From the NCBI GenBank assembly GCA_963667725.2, contig CAXXHO010000003.1, positions 1,536,001-1,600,000 of the forward strand: 64,000 nt of DNA, in the 5' to 3' direction. The first letter of the stretch is position 1; each line of letters starts with the position of its first letter. Origin of the DNA: Treponemataceae bacterium (GTDB lineage Bacteria > Spirochaetota > Spirochaetia > Treponematales > Rectinemataceae). The position numbers and the translations under genes were made by a program. The notes under the pieces are model-generated. The model saw nothing but the letters and a program-made list of their open reading frames with translations. It did not search any database and was not told the origin of the DNA. Below are positions 50,972 to 61,127 of this stretch, piece by piece.

Positions 50972-52264
50972 CTAGAATTTCCCGAATATCATATTCGGAA
51001 TCCAGGTAACCAGTCCGGGGAAAAACACGAGGAGACAGAGCTCCAACATGATGGCGGCGAAGAATGGAAGCGCAGCCTTGGTGTAATCCTCCACCTTGCA
51101 GTCTATTATGCCGCAGACCGAGTACAGGGCTGCTCCGATGGGCGGTGTCATGACGCCCAGGGTGACCACGGTGGCCATGAGTACGCCGAAATGCACCGGG
51201 TCGACGCCCAGGCTCTTCACCATGGGCAGGAAAATTGGCGTTAAAAGAAGAAAATTCACGTTGCTGTCCACAAACATCCCTGTTATGAAGAGAAACACGA
51301 GCATGATAATCACCAGGAGCTGGGGATTGGAGGTTATGCCGAAAATGAGCTTACTCAAAGCCACGGGGAGTTGGACCCATGTGAGGGCCCACTGGAATGA
51401 TCCCGAGAGGGCGATGATGAGCATGATAGCCCCATTATCCTTAAAGCTGGTCACCAGGGCATTCTTGAATTTTTCCCAGCTTAGCTCCTTATACACGAAC
51501 TTGCCGATAACGATGGCGTAGATGACGGCGAAGGCGCCGGATTCCGATGGCGTGAACACGCCAAACCTTATGCCGACAATCAGGAGCACTGGGAAGAGTA
51601 ATGCCCAGATGGATTCTTTGAGGTTCTTGAAAAGTTCGGTCAGACTGAGCTTCGGCGCTTCGGGGCGAGGGGGATCATATTTATGATAGCGGCTGGTTAT
51701 GGAGGTAGTGGCCATCAGAAAGAACATCATCAGGATACCGGGGATGATCCCTCCGGCGAAGAGGCGGCCGATGGACACTTCACCGACAAAACCGAAGATG
51801 ATGAAGCCAAGGCTGGGAGGAATGGTGGCGGTGATCAGGGCTGTCGTACAGTTGACCGCCACGATATACCCCTTCTTGTAGCCAATTCGCTGCATTTCGG
51901 GGCCGAGAATCCTCGTCTCCATCATGGCGTCAGCCGTGGCCGAACCCGAGACGCCTCCCATCAACGTGCTCATCACGACGCTGATCTGAGCCGTACCCCC
52001 GTACATACGCCGAGTCAAGAGGCGGGCCAGGCTCAAGAGCCTGCTGGTGATGCCCGACACATTCATCAGGTTTCCGGCGAATATAAAGAAGGGGACAGCG
52101 AGGAAGGCGAAGGATTGGCTCTGTTGGACCGTCATCTGCACGGCAATTTCAAAAGGAAGCTGCGGTTGGGAAAGGAAATACGCGAAACCAGCTATTCCAA
52201 TAACAAAGGCTATGGGCATCCCCATGAGCATGAAAATGACAAAGCATAGCAATAGCAAGGTCAT
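50972..52264 (-). CDS. dctM: TRAP transporter large permease
   Basis: GMPIAF, LAVPFFIFAGNLM, SGSATAD, IPPS, TPSE, TPPIG. Confidence 0.95.
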   Translation of the reverse strand: MTLLLLCFVIFMLMGMPIAFVIGIAGFAYFLSQPQLPFEIAVQMTVQQSQSFAFLAVPFFIFAGNLMNVSGITSRLLSLARLLTRRMYGGTAQISVVMSTLMGGVSGSATADAMMETRILGPEMQRIGYKKGYIVAVNCTTALITATIPPSLGFIIFGFVGEVSIGRLFAGGIIPGILMMFFLMATTSITSRYHKYDPPRPEAPKLSLTELFKNLKESIWALLFPVLLIVGIRFGVFTPSESGAFAVIYAIVIGKFVYKELSWEKFKNALVTSFKDNGAIMLIIALSGSFQWALTWVQLPVALSKLIFGITSNPQLLVIIMLVFLFITGMFVDSNVNFLLLTPIFLPMVKSLGVDPVHFGVLMATVVTLGVMTPPIGAALYSVCGIIDCKVEDYTKAALPFFAAIMLELCLLVFFPGLVTWIPNMIFGKF

Positions 52265-52743
52265 TTCGACTCTCCTTTGCCCGCCATCTGCAGAATGAGC
52301 TTTCGAATCTTCTGGATCGTAGAGAAGAACATTGAGACTGAGGCCACGACTAGGCTAAGGGTAACCAAAGCCAGGGGGATGGGCATGGATTGATAGCGGC
52401 TTACGCGTTCTGTCCATGCAAGTCTTGTACCGAAGATAGCCATGACCACCAAGGTAGCCGCGATTATCAAGAGTACGATGAGCTCTACTATCCATCTGAT
52501 CTTTGCCGGCAGCTTGCGTGTCACTATATCGACGCCAATTATCTGGCCATGGCGCCAGGCTACATCAGCGCCCAGAAATGCTGTCCACGCCAGGCAGAGC
52601 ATTGCCAGGTCGATATACCAGGACATCGAAAGCTTAAAAAGGCGCAAAATGGCCGAGAGGAAGATGAAGAAAATCAGAAATCCGAAGCCCAGGCCACAGA
52701 CTATTTCTTCGACCCTGCAGAACCATAGGTAGATCTTTCTCAT
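52261..52743 (-). CDS. dctQ: TRAP transporter small permease
   Basis: Four TM helices, W..FLGA, IGVD; located between dctP and dctM. Confidence 0.9.
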   Translation of the reverse strand: MRKIYLWFCRVEEIVCGLGFGFLIFFIFLSAILRLFKLSMSWYIDLAMLCLAWTAFLGADVAWRHGQIIGVDIVTRKLPAKIRWIVELIVLLIIAATLVVMAIFGTRLAWTERVSRYQSMPIPLALVTLSLVVASVSMFFSTIQKIRKLILQMAGKGESK

Positions 52744-52835
52744 ACTGACTCCAAAAGAGATACATGAGATGCGAAGGCAGGGTAGGAGAAGCAGGTACAT
52801 TACCCTGCCCCTCCTCTATCCTGCCTATGGGTGAC

Positions 52836-53825
52836 TTACATGCCCAGCTGCTTGAAGAGTTTCTCCTTGAGTCCGGATGAGAACTTGAGGTCGTTATTGG
52901 TGTACAGGGGGGCGATGGCGTCCTGGAATTCCTTGATGTTGACCTCGTTGATAGTGACGCCGCGCTGCCTCATCTGGTCGTAATAGCCGGCTTCATCCTT
53001 CTCGGCGAGGGCTCCGTATTCCAGCGCCTTGTCTCGGATGGTTTTGAGGAAGAACGCTTTCGCGTCAGGAGGCATCGCGTTGAGGAGCCTGGTGGAACAG
53101 ACGAAGGAGGTCTGGAGCATGTAGTGCTTGGTCATGGCGATGTACTTGGTCACGTCCCAGAAGGCTGCGCCGGCGGCGGCCGACACCTGTACCTCGGTGC
53201 CGTCCAGAGTCTTCTGCTGGATGGCGGGGAAGACTTCGCCGAAGGAAATGGCGATGTTGGCAAAGCCGAAATACTTGGCCAGGGCGTTGCCGATGTCGTT
53301 GCCGAAGCCGCGGATCCTGAGGCCCGAAAGGTCTTTGACCGTCTTTACCGGCTTGGTCGTGTAGAAGTTGCGGAAGCCGTTGTACATGTTGGCGACAAAG
53401 ATAATGCCCTGGGCTTCGAGCTTTTTGGACCACTCCTTGAAGAGATCGGTGTCCGGCAGATTCTTGAGCACCGCCGGGTCGGTGAGAATGTAGGGGGCCA
53501 TCAGGATGTTGAGATCGGGAATGGCGAACTGGCTGGCCAGGCGGCCGGGATCCGAAGGCACCACGAGGGGAATCCCCAATTTGGCCTGGGTCACCAGGGC
53601 GTTGGTGTCGCCGGAGAGGGCTCCAGCCACAAAAACCTTGGCATCGAAGCGGCCGTCGGCGTTCAGGACATCGGCCACTGCCTGCATCATCTTGCTCTGG
53701 GTGGTGTTCGCGGCCTCGGTGCCCGCGAAGGTTACAGGAATTTTTGCCTGGCCGCTTACCATAGCCACGGCGAAAAAGGCTATGGCCAGCAACGCCACCA
53801 TCTTAAAAGACCGAATCCGTTTCAT
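52836..53825 (-). CDS. dctP: TRAP substrate-binding protein
   Basis: Signal peptide, APY, NGFR, DLSGLRIR, EVFPAIQQKTLDG, TKH. Confidence 0.92.
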   Translation of the reverse strand: MKRIRSFKMVALLAIAFFAVAMVSGQAKIPVTFAGTEAANTTQSKMMQAVADVLNADGRFDAKVFVAGALSGDTNALVTQAKLGIPLVVPSDPGRLASQFAIPDLNILMAPYILTDPAVLKNLPDTDLFKEWSKKLEAQGIIFVANMYNGFRNFYTTKPVKTVKDLSGLRIRGFGNDIGNALAKYFGFANIAISFGEVFPAIQQKTLDGTEVQVSAAAGAAFWDVTKYIAMTKHYMLQTSFVCSTRLLNAMPPDAKAFFLKTIRDKALEYGALAEKDEAGYYDQMRQRGVTINEVNIKEFQDAIAPLYTNNDLKFSSGLKEKLFKQLGM

Positions 53826-53970
53826 ATCTCCTCCTTGAAATAGAAAGGGTGATGGAAATCTCATGTCCATCCTTGAACGGGTTGGGTCTGCGGTCAATCA
53901 AATATATTATGAACTATCTACAGATAATTATGATCGGCGAGAATGGGCGCAAAAAATGTCCGTGGAGACA

Positions 53971-55872
53971 TTAAATCTTGGATCGGTATTCCTTGGCTGT
54001 CGTGCCGGTCAGTTTTTTGAAGGTGCTGCTGAAATAATTGGGATTGTTAAAGCCTACTTCGTAGGCGATCTCGGCGATGCCCTTTTCCGTGGAAGCCAGA
54101 AGCAACTTGGCCTTGTCGATCCTCAGTGAGGTGAGGTGATCCACAAAGGTAGAGCCTGTCTCCTGCTTGAAGAGACTCAGAAAATACGACGGGCTTACGA
54201 ACACCTCTTTCGCCACATCCTTATAGCTCAAGGGCTGTCCATAGTTTTCTTCTATATATTTGATCGCGCTTCTAATGAGGGATTTCGAACGTTTTTCATA
54301 GACATGGGCAACGAGATTCGCTATCTCATCGACGATCTTCGAGAGCCATCGTTCGGCGGTCTGCGCGTCTTTGACATGGGCGATGTCATCGAAACAGTTG
54401 CCGACCAAGGCGTTCAATTTAGTTTCGTCTCCCCCGCCCAGAATGGCAGCGTCTATCATGGAGCCGAGAAGCTCATAGAGCCGCAACGTCAGGGCATCGG
54501 GCTTTTCGGCGATACATCGCGTGAACTTTTCCATGAAGTCGGAAAAAGCCTGCCGGCTGCCCTCTGGATCGCCCACCTTGATCAGGGAAAGAAGCCTTTC
54601 CTTTTCCTTGACGGGATAGGCGTTGATTCTCGGATCGTGTTCGCTAATGTTGTCCACGTGGACGATGTCGGCATTATCGAAGTGTTCGGCGTATTCCTGG
54701 GCGTTCAAGGCTTCGTGATATGATTTTCGCAGATCCTCCACCCTATCGTAGCTTCTGCCAATCCCCATGACGACACCGCGTCCGAGAGTTCGGGTAATCT
54801 CGCTTTGCAACGCCTCGAGAATGTCCCACAAGGCGGTGCGTTTTCCTGACTCACCATCCGTCGGCAATCTCAGGGCTATTCCGATTCTGCCCTTCGTGAG
54901 GGGAAGCGGAAGGTAAGCGTCCTCGTCCAGGGCCCGGGACAGATGCCTGGTGGCGATCTTGATCACCTCATCCATCGAACCCAGCTCTTTGAAAGGCTGA
55001 TTTCCCTCCCCTCGCAGCTTGATCATGACGATGGTGTTGGGGCAGACCTTGCCCAGGCAGGAGAGCATGTCCGTCAGCTTGGCCTTGGAGAATTCGCTAA
55101 AGGCTACATTATCGATGATGTCCTCTTTTATGAAGGGAATGAGGTTTTCGTAGTTGCGGTAGACTTCCCTGACATCGATGAGGACACTCCATCCGAAGAG
55201 GGTTGCGCTGAGGATGGATACGGTGTAGTAGATTTCCCACTTCTTCGTGAGGGAGCCGACAATAAAGGCGACAGCGAAAATCGATACCCCGCCATTAAAA
55301 AGAAAGTGCTTGTTCTTGAGCAAATCTCGAAACGAGGAGCCAAGCTGAAGCCTAGCCAATTTGATGGATGAGGACAGGAACATCAGGGCACCGGTGACCA
55401 CCTGGACGCCGATTGTCACCTCTCTTCCGTAAAAAGGAGGGCTGCGTTCGGGGGTTAGGTTGTCGAAGGCAGTGATTCCGGCAAACTGGAACAGCACCTT
55501 GCTCGACTTGGTGCCCAGGGTGTTGAAAACGACATAGGTGAGGCCGAGCAGGACGCCAATCGATACGATAGCTCTTTCCAGCCCCTTCACCCTTCGCCGG
55601 TTGAATAGATTGGAGCCAAGGATGATGACAGGCGCGATGACCGCGCAGAGTATGAATACCCTGATATTGACGATGATAAGGGAGGCCGGGTAAGGGCCAA
55701 GCATTAGCTGCAGCGGCCTTCCCAGAGAAAAAATGCTCATGCCGACGAGGAAGACGATGAAATACCAGTATGAACTCGCTCTGGCTGGGTTGGCTATTAT
55801 GAAATACACGAAATAGAGGAGAAAGAAGAGCCCGGCGACGAGGGGCGCTATGATATTGGAAAATAATGACAT
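53971..55872 (-). CDS. Membrane-anchored AraC-family regulator
   Basis: About 7 N-terminal TM helices, central CdaR-like GIGR..SYHEA segment, C-terminal AraC HTH (SPSYFLSLFK, IAYEVGFNNPNYFSSTFKK). Confidence 0.88.
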   Translation of the reverse strand: MSLFSNIIAPLVAGLFFLLYFVYFIIANPARASSYWYFIVFLVGMSIFSLGRPLQLMLGPYPASLIIVNIRVFILCAVIAPVIILGSNLFNRRRVKGLERAIVSIGVLLGLTYVVFNTLGTKSSKVLFQFAGITAFDNLTPERSPPFYGREVTIGVQVVTGALMFLSSSIKLARLQLGSSFRDLLKNKHFLFNGGVSIFAVAFIVGSLTKKWEIYYTVSILSATLFGWSVLIDVREVYRNYENLIPFIKEDIIDNVAFSEFSKAKLTDMLSCLGKVCPNTIVMIKLRGEGNQPFKELGSMDEVIKIATRHLSRALDEDAYLPLPLTKGRIGIALRLPTDGESGKRTALWDILEALQSEITRTLGRGVVMGIGRSYDRVEDLRKSYHEALNAQEYAEHFDNADIVHVDNISEHDPRINAYPVKEKERLLSLIKVGDPEGSRQAFSDFMEKFTRCIAEKPDALTLRLYELLGSMIDAAILGGGDETKLNALVGNCFDDIAHVKDAQTAERWLSKIVDEIANLVAHVYEKRSKSLIRSAIKYIEENYGQPLSYKDVAKEVFVSPSYFLSLFKQETGSTFVDHLTSLRIDKAKLLLASTEKGIAEIAYEVGFNNPNYFSSTFKKLTGTTAKEYRSKI

Positions 55873-55953
55873 CGTCTCATATCCGGTTTTGTTTCATTAT
55901 TGTCTGATCATACTAGGCGGGAAATCCCCAGGCGTCAAGGAAGTATTATTTAT

Positions 55954-56604
55954 CTACGATGCCGCGAGCCGAGCGAATTCCGCCAGGATCATCGCCGTGA
56001 GCCCCCAGACTATACTTCCCCCGAAATCGTAACAGGGTACCGACCAGTCCTCGTCCGCGCGTCGCATGGCAAAGGTTGAAATGGAAGCAGGGTCTGTCAG
56101 CGCCGCCAGGGGAATCTCGAACAGATCGTCCACCTCCTCCCGCTGAAGGCGATAGACAGGCATATCCTCGGTAAAAGCGACGAAAGGGTGAACATGATAG
56201 CCGGACGGCAGGGCCGAGATTTCGCTCAAGGCACCAAGGACCGACGATTCCGGCAGCCTGACGCCGATCTCCTCCTCCGTCTCGCGCAGCGCCGCGTCGA
56301 GAGGACTCTCGCCCGGCTCGAGGGCGCCGCCGGGGAAGGCTATCTGTCCGGCATGGTGCCTCAGGCTGCCGGGCCGTTCGATCAGAGGGAATGTGAGCCC
56401 GTCGCGCGCCGGATGCAGGAGGATCAGAACGGAAGCTTCTCGGAAACCTTCCCGCTCGGGTCGCGGGAGAAGGCCCTCGTCCCCTCTGAATGGGGGCGAC
56501 ATAAGCCTCCACGCCTCGATGCCGGGCAGGGGTCCGAGAAGAGCCTGCCTTATGGCGCGACATTCGTCGCTCAGGCGCTTAGCGCTCACGCGCTTAGCGC
56601 TCAC
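55954..56604 (-). CDS. Nudix hydrolase, CoA pyrophosphatase family
   Basis: HAGQIAFPGG, ALRETEEEIG, VWGLTA. Confidence 0.92.
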   Translation of the reverse strand: MSAKRVSAKRLSDECRAIRQALLGPLPGIEAWRLMSPPFRGDEGLLPRPEREGFREASVLILLHPARDGLTFPLIERPGSLRHHAGQIAFPGGALEPGESPLDAALRETEEEIGVRLPESSVLGALSEISALPSGYHVHPFVAFTEDMPVYRLQREEVDDLFEIPLAALTDPASISTFAMRRADEDWSVPCYDFGGSIVWGLTAMILAEFARLAAS

Positions 56605-58502
56605 GCGCTCTCCAGTTTATCGAACTGGCTGTTGTAGAGATTCGCGTAGAACCCGCCGGCGGCGATGAGATTATCATGAGTGCCCTGCTCGACGATGTCG
56701 CCGTGGTCCATCACGAGGATCCAGTCGGCGTCCCGTATGGTCGACAGGCGGTGGGCTATGATGAAGCTCGTCCTGCCCTTCATGAGTACGCCCATCGCTT
56801 TCTGTATGAGGACCTCGGTGTGGGTATCCACCGAGCTCGTCGCCTCGTCGAGGATGAGCATGGGCGGATTGGCGAGTATGGCCCGCGCGATGGTGAGAAG
56901 CTGCTTCTGGCCTTGTGAGATGTTAGTCGTTTCCTCGTTGAGCTCGGTCTGGTAACCCTGTGGGAAAGCCCTGATGAAGTGGTCCACATGGGCCGCCCTG
57001 GCCGCTTCGACGGCCTCCTCCTCGGAAGCGCCGATTTTTCCGTAGCGGATGTTGTCGAGGATGCTGCCGTTAAAAAGCCATGTATCCTGCAGCACCATGC
57101 CGAACATGCGCCGCAGATCGGCCCTCGCGTACTCGCGGATATCCTTGCCGTCAATGAGAATAGCCCCTTCCTTCACGTCGTAGAAACGCATGAGGAGCTT
57201 GACAAGGGTCGTCTTGCCCGCGCCCGTCGGCCCCACGATGGCGACCCGCTTTCCGGGCTCCACCTTCGCCGAGAAATTATTGATGATGATCTTGTCGTCG
57301 AGATAGCCGAAATGGACATTCCTGAATTCAACCGCTCCCTCGACCTTCGCGGGTTTCAGGGCTTCATCGCTTTCCGGCGTTTCTTCGGTCTCTTCCAGAA
57401 ATTCGAAGACCCTCTCGGCCGAGGCCGCCGTCTGCTGCAGGACGTTGGATATGTTCGCGATCTGGCTTATCGGCTGGGTGAATGAGCGGACGTACTGGAT
57501 GAAGGCCTGGATATCGCCGAGACTTATCGCTTTCCTGGCCGCGAGATAGCCGCCCATGATGGTGACGCCCACGTAGCCGAGGTTCCCCACGAAGTTCATC
57601 ATGGGCATCATTATTCCTGAGAGAAACTGCGATTTCCACGCCGAGCTGTAGAGCGAGTCGTTGATGCCTTCGAACTTCTCAATGTTCTTCGCCTCGCCGC
57701 TAAAGGCCTTGACGACCGCGTGGCTTCCGAACATTTCCTCGATGTGGCCGTTGGCATGGCCGAGAAATTCCTGCTGCTGCTTGAAGTACTTCTGCGACTG
57801 GTTGACGATGAGTCGGATCAGGATCATCGACAGCGGAAGGATGAGAAGGGCGACGAGGGTCAGCTGCCAGCTGATGGTGAGCATCATCACGAGAACGCCC
57901 AGGACGGTGACGAGCGAGGTGATCATCTGGGTCAGGCTCTGGCTCAGGGTCTGGTTGACCGTGTCCACGTCGTTGGTCATGCGGGAAAGCACTTCGCCGT
58001 GGTTCGTGCCGTCGAAATACTTGAGCGGCATCCTGTTGATCTTGGCGAGGATATCCTTGCGGAATTGGTAGGTGATCTTGATCGAAACGCCTGACATGAT
58101 CCAGCCCTGGATGTAGCTAAAAAACGCCGACACGAGGTATAGCCCCAGGACGCCGAGCAGGATCTGGCCTATGGCCTGAAGGTCGATGCCGCCGGATTTC
58201 CCGGCCATCTGCGCCATCACGCCCTCGAAGAGTTTGGTTGTCGCCTTGCCCAGGATTTTGGGGCCGAGAATGGAAAACACCGTGGAACCGACCGCGAAAA
58301 CGAAGACGATTACGATCGGGAGCTTGAAGGGGCTGAGGTATCCGATGAGTTTTTTCATCGTACCCTTGAAATTGCGGGCCTTTTCGCCCTTCATCATGGC
58401 ACCGGGACCGCCGGGGCCTCCGGCGACGCCTCTTCCGAAAGCCGCTCCGGGACGCATTCCCGGTTTGCCCGTCTGTCCTGTCGGATTATGCATGTCACTC
58501 AT
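56601..58502 (-). CDS. Heterodimeric ABC exporter, consensus-site subunit (TM288-like)
   Basis: TMD plus GPTGAGKT, ISQGQ, ILDE, AHR. Confidence 0.93.
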   Translation of the reverse strand: MSDMHNPTGQTGKPGMRPGAAFGRGVAGGPGGPGAMMKGEKARNFKGTMKKLIGYLSPFKLPIVIVFVFAVGSTVFSILGPKILGKATTKLFEGVMAQMAGKSGGIDLQAIGQILLGVLGLYLVSAFFSYIQGWIMSGVSIKITYQFRKDILAKINRMPLKYFDGTNHGEVLSRMTNDVDTVNQTLSQSLTQMITSLVTVLGVLVMMLTISWQLTLVALLILPLSMILIRLIVNQSQKYFKQQQEFLGHANGHIEEMFGSHAVVKAFSGEAKNIEKFEGINDSLYSSAWKSQFLSGIMMPMMNFVGNLGYVGVTIMGGYLAARKAISLGDIQAFIQYVRSFTQPISQIANISNVLQQTAASAERVFEFLEETEETPESDEALKPAKVEGAVEFRNVHFGYLDDKIIINNFSAKVEPGKRVAIVGPTGAGKTTLVKLLMRFYDVKEGAILIDGKDIREYARADLRRMFGMVLQDTWLFNGSILDNIRYGKIGASEEEAVEAARAAHVDHFIRAFPQGYQTELNEETTNISQGQKQLLTIARAILANPPMLILDEATSSVDTHTEVLIQKAMGVLMKGRTSFIIAHRLSTIRDADWILVMDHGDIVEQGTHDNLIAAGGFYANLYNSQFDKLESA

Positions 58503-60574
58503 GCCAATTCCTCCTGCTTCAGCTGCGACATCGCGATATCGCGGTAGACTTCGCAGGTTTCCATGAGTTCATGGTGCGTGCCTCGCCCCACGAGCCGGCC
58601 CTCGTCGAGGACCAGTATCTGGTCGGCCTGTTTTATGGCGGCGACACGCTGAGTTACAAGAAGTATGGTGCTCTGGCTCAAGGATGCCTTGAGCGCCTGC
58701 CTCAGGAGCGTGTCGGTCCTGAAATCGAGGGCCGAAAAGCTGTCGTCGAAAATGTAGATGGGCGCCTTCTTTACGATGGCGCGCGCGATCGTCAGGCGCT
58801 GTCGCTGGCCGCCCGACACGTTGCCGCCGCCCTGGGAAATCTCGAGGCCCATTCCTTCCGGTTTCGCGTCGATGAATTCCTTTGCCTGGGAAATCTCGAG
58901 GGCGAGCGCCATGTCTTCTTTCGAGGCATTCTCGTCGGCATAGAGCAGATTGCTCTCGACCGTGCCCGAGAAAAGCGAAGCCTTCTGCGGCACGAAGCCG
59001 ATCTTCGAGCGCAGCGCCTCCTGTGAAACCGCCCTGATATCGATTCCTCCAACCATGATCGAGCCCTCGGTCGCGTCGTAGAAACGCGGGATGAGGCTCA
59101 CCAATGTGGATTTGCCCGATCCCGTCGTGCCGATGATGGCGGTCGTCTGCCCGGGCTTCGCCGTAAAGCTGATTTTGCTCAAGACATCATCGGTCGCTCC
59201 CGGATAACGGAAACTCACGTCCTTGAATTCGATGGTGCCTGCGAATTCAGCGCCATAAACGAGGGGAGTCTTCGGATCGACGATGCTTGGCTCGGTGGCG
59301 AGCACTTCCGCTATCCTGTCGGCCGAAACAGAGGCTCTCGGCAGGATGATGAACATCATCGAGAGCATTATGAAGGAGAAGAATATCTGCATGGCATACT
59401 GCATGAAGGCCATCATGTCGCCGACCCTTATCTGCGAAAGGGCGACTTCTTTCGCCCCCGTCCAGACGATAAGGAGGGATACGAGGTTCATGATGAGCAT
59501 CATGAGAGGCATTAGGACGACCATGACCCGCGTCACGAAGAGCATCGTTCCCGTCAAGTCTTTGTTCGCCTTGTCGAAACGCTTCTCCTCCTCGCCCTGC
59601 ATGGCGAAGGCGCGGATAACCATCATGCCCGACAGATTCTCCCTCACCACGAGGTTGAGCTTGTCGATGAGTTTCTGGATGCTTTTAAATTTGGGCAGGG
59701 CTATCGCGAAAACGACGGCGATGACGCCGAGGATGATGGACACCGCAAGCGCGATGATCCACCACATGGAGGAAGCCTTCCCCGTCGCCCTTATGACGCC
59801 GCCTATGCCGATGATCGGGGCGTAGAAGAACATCCGCAAGCCCATGACGGCCACCATCTGCATCTGGGTGATGTCGTTGGTCGAACGCGTGATGAGGGAG
59901 GCTGTGGAAAACTTGTCCAGTTCGGCGAAGGAGAAATTCTCGACCTTCCGGAAGAGGTTGACGCGCAGGTCCCGGGCGAAACCAGCCGCCGTGCGCGCCC
60001 CGAGGAAGCCGACGATGACGGTAGCGACGACGGAAAGAAGGGTCAAAAGAATCATAAGGCCGCCGACCGAAAGAATGTAGGAGGTCTGCAGGGCGACGGT
60101 ATCCATGCCCAGCCTTTCGTATTCGCCCTTGACGGCCTGGACGCCCATCTGGGTTACGATGGAAGGATCGATGCCCGTCAGCCTGGACGATATCGCGCCC
60201 ACCATCAGCGCGTTGAGGCGGCTCCTCGTCGTCGCGTCAATCTTTTTCAGGATGTAGAGAGGCTCGCTCTCCCCGTTGGGATATTTTTTTAGAAGTGCCT
60301 GATGGGCTTCGGAGCCCGGCTCGAAGCGATCGTAAGCCCCGAGGATGGCTGCGCCTTCCTCGGGGGAGACAGTCTGAAGGACCATGTTGAACTTGTTCCC
60401 GCCCATCGCCTGGGGCAGGGAATCTTCGATGCCGCCCTGCTGGATGCCCGTGTTCACGATCCTCGACATGTAGTCGGGCAGGGCCAGGTCGGCGTTGGCC
60501 TGCAGGAAGAGCAAGGCAACGATAAGGACGATGGAAGCCAGATATGGCTTCAGATAACGCATCAATCGGATCAT
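58499..60574 (-). CDS. Heterodimeric ABC exporter, degenerate-site subunit (TM287-like)
   Basis: GTTGSGKS, VSGGQ, IFDD (E to D), TQR (H to Q); start ATG 60574 overlaps the marR stop. Confidence 0.93.
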   Translation of the reverse strand: MIRLMRYLKPYLASIVLIVALLFLQANADLALPDYMSRIVNTGIQQGGIEDSLPQAMGGNKFNMVLQTVSPEEGAAILGAYDRFEPGSEAHQALLKKYPNGESEPLYILKKIDATTRSRLNALMVGAISSRLTGIDPSIVTQMGVQAVKGEYERLGMDTVALQTSYILSVGGLMILLTLLSVVATVIVGFLGARTAAGFARDLRVNLFRKVENFSFAELDKFSTASLITRSTNDITQMQMVAVMGLRMFFYAPIIGIGGVIRATGKASSMWWIIALAVSIILGVIAVVFAIALPKFKSIQKLIDKLNLVVRENLSGMMVIRAFAMQGEEEKRFDKANKDLTGTMLFVTRVMVVLMPLMMLIMNLVSLLIVWTGAKEVALSQIRVGDMMAFMQYAMQIFFSFIMLSMMFIILPRASVSADRIAEVLATEPSIVDPKTPLVYGAEFAGTIEFKDVSFRYPGATDDVLSKISFTAKPGQTTAIIGTTGSGKSTLVSLIPRFYDATEGSIMVGGIDIRAVSQEALRSKIGFVPQKASLFSGTVESNLLYADENASKEDMALALEISQAKEFIDAKPEGMGLEISQGGGNVSGGQRQRLTIARAIVKKAPIYIFDDSFSALDFRTDTLLRQALKASLSQSTILLVTQRVAAIKQADQILVLDEGRLVGRGTHHELMETCEVYRDIAMSQLKQEELA

Positions 60575-61056
60575 ATGGGATCCTCTCCCTCGCAGTGGGG
60601 GTTCTTCGCGCAGCCTTCGAGAGCCCTGGCCTTGGCGACGAGCATCGCGATGGTTTCGTTCGCGGCTTGCTTTTCCCCCAAAGACAGGGAATCGACGAGA
60701 TCCCTGATCCAGCGCTGGCGCACATGGATGCCCTTCTGGAGGAAGGCCTGCCCCTTCTCGGTCAGGGTCAGGCATTTGCCGCGCCTGTCTTCGGGATTTT
60801 CGCTGCGCTGTATGAAACCCTGCTGGACCAGCCGGTCCAACATCTGGCTCGCGGCGGCGCTCGACACCTGGAGGTCTTCGCCGACATCGGCGACGCCGCA
60901 GCGTCCATTTCTCTTTATCTTGAAAAGGGCGACTGTCTGCGACATCGACAGCCCGTTCTCTTTCGCGTAATGGACGAGGCCGTGCATCGAGTGGCGCATG
61001 ACCAACCTGGTCCACTCCCCCATCGTTTCCAGAAACTCAGTTTCGTTGGGCAACAT
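60571..61056 (-). CDS. MarR-family regulator
   Basis: LSMSQ, winged HTH, EDRR..LTLTEKG. Confidence 0.9.
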   Translation of the reverse strand: MLPNETEFLETMGEWTRLVMRHSMHGLVHYAKENGLSMSQTVALFKIKRNGRCGVADVGEDLQVSSAAASQMLDRLVQQGFIQRSENPEDRRGKCLTLTEKGQAFLQKGIHVRQRWIRDLVDSLSLGEKQAANETIAMLVAKARALEGCAKNPHCEGEDPI

Positions 61057-61067
61057 AAGATCCTTAA

Positions 61068-61089
61068 ATAATTAAGATTACTTAACTAT
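61068..61089. promoter_or_regulatory. Probable MarR operator
   Basis: Inverted repeat ataattaag-atta-cttaactat (1 mismatch), 11 nt upstream of the marR ATG. Confidence 0.65.
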
Positions 61090-61127
61090 AAAGAAATCTT
61101 TTATTTTAGTCAATTTGTCCGCGTCAA

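Noticed and set aside
58499..60574. Degenerate Walker B and H-switch as pseudogenisation
   Set aside because: This is the normal asymmetric site of TM287/288-type heterodimeric exporters.
60575..61015. N-terminal extension of the 838-aa ABC ORF
   Set aside because: Overlaps marR in another frame; the real start is ATG 60574, coupled to the marR stop.
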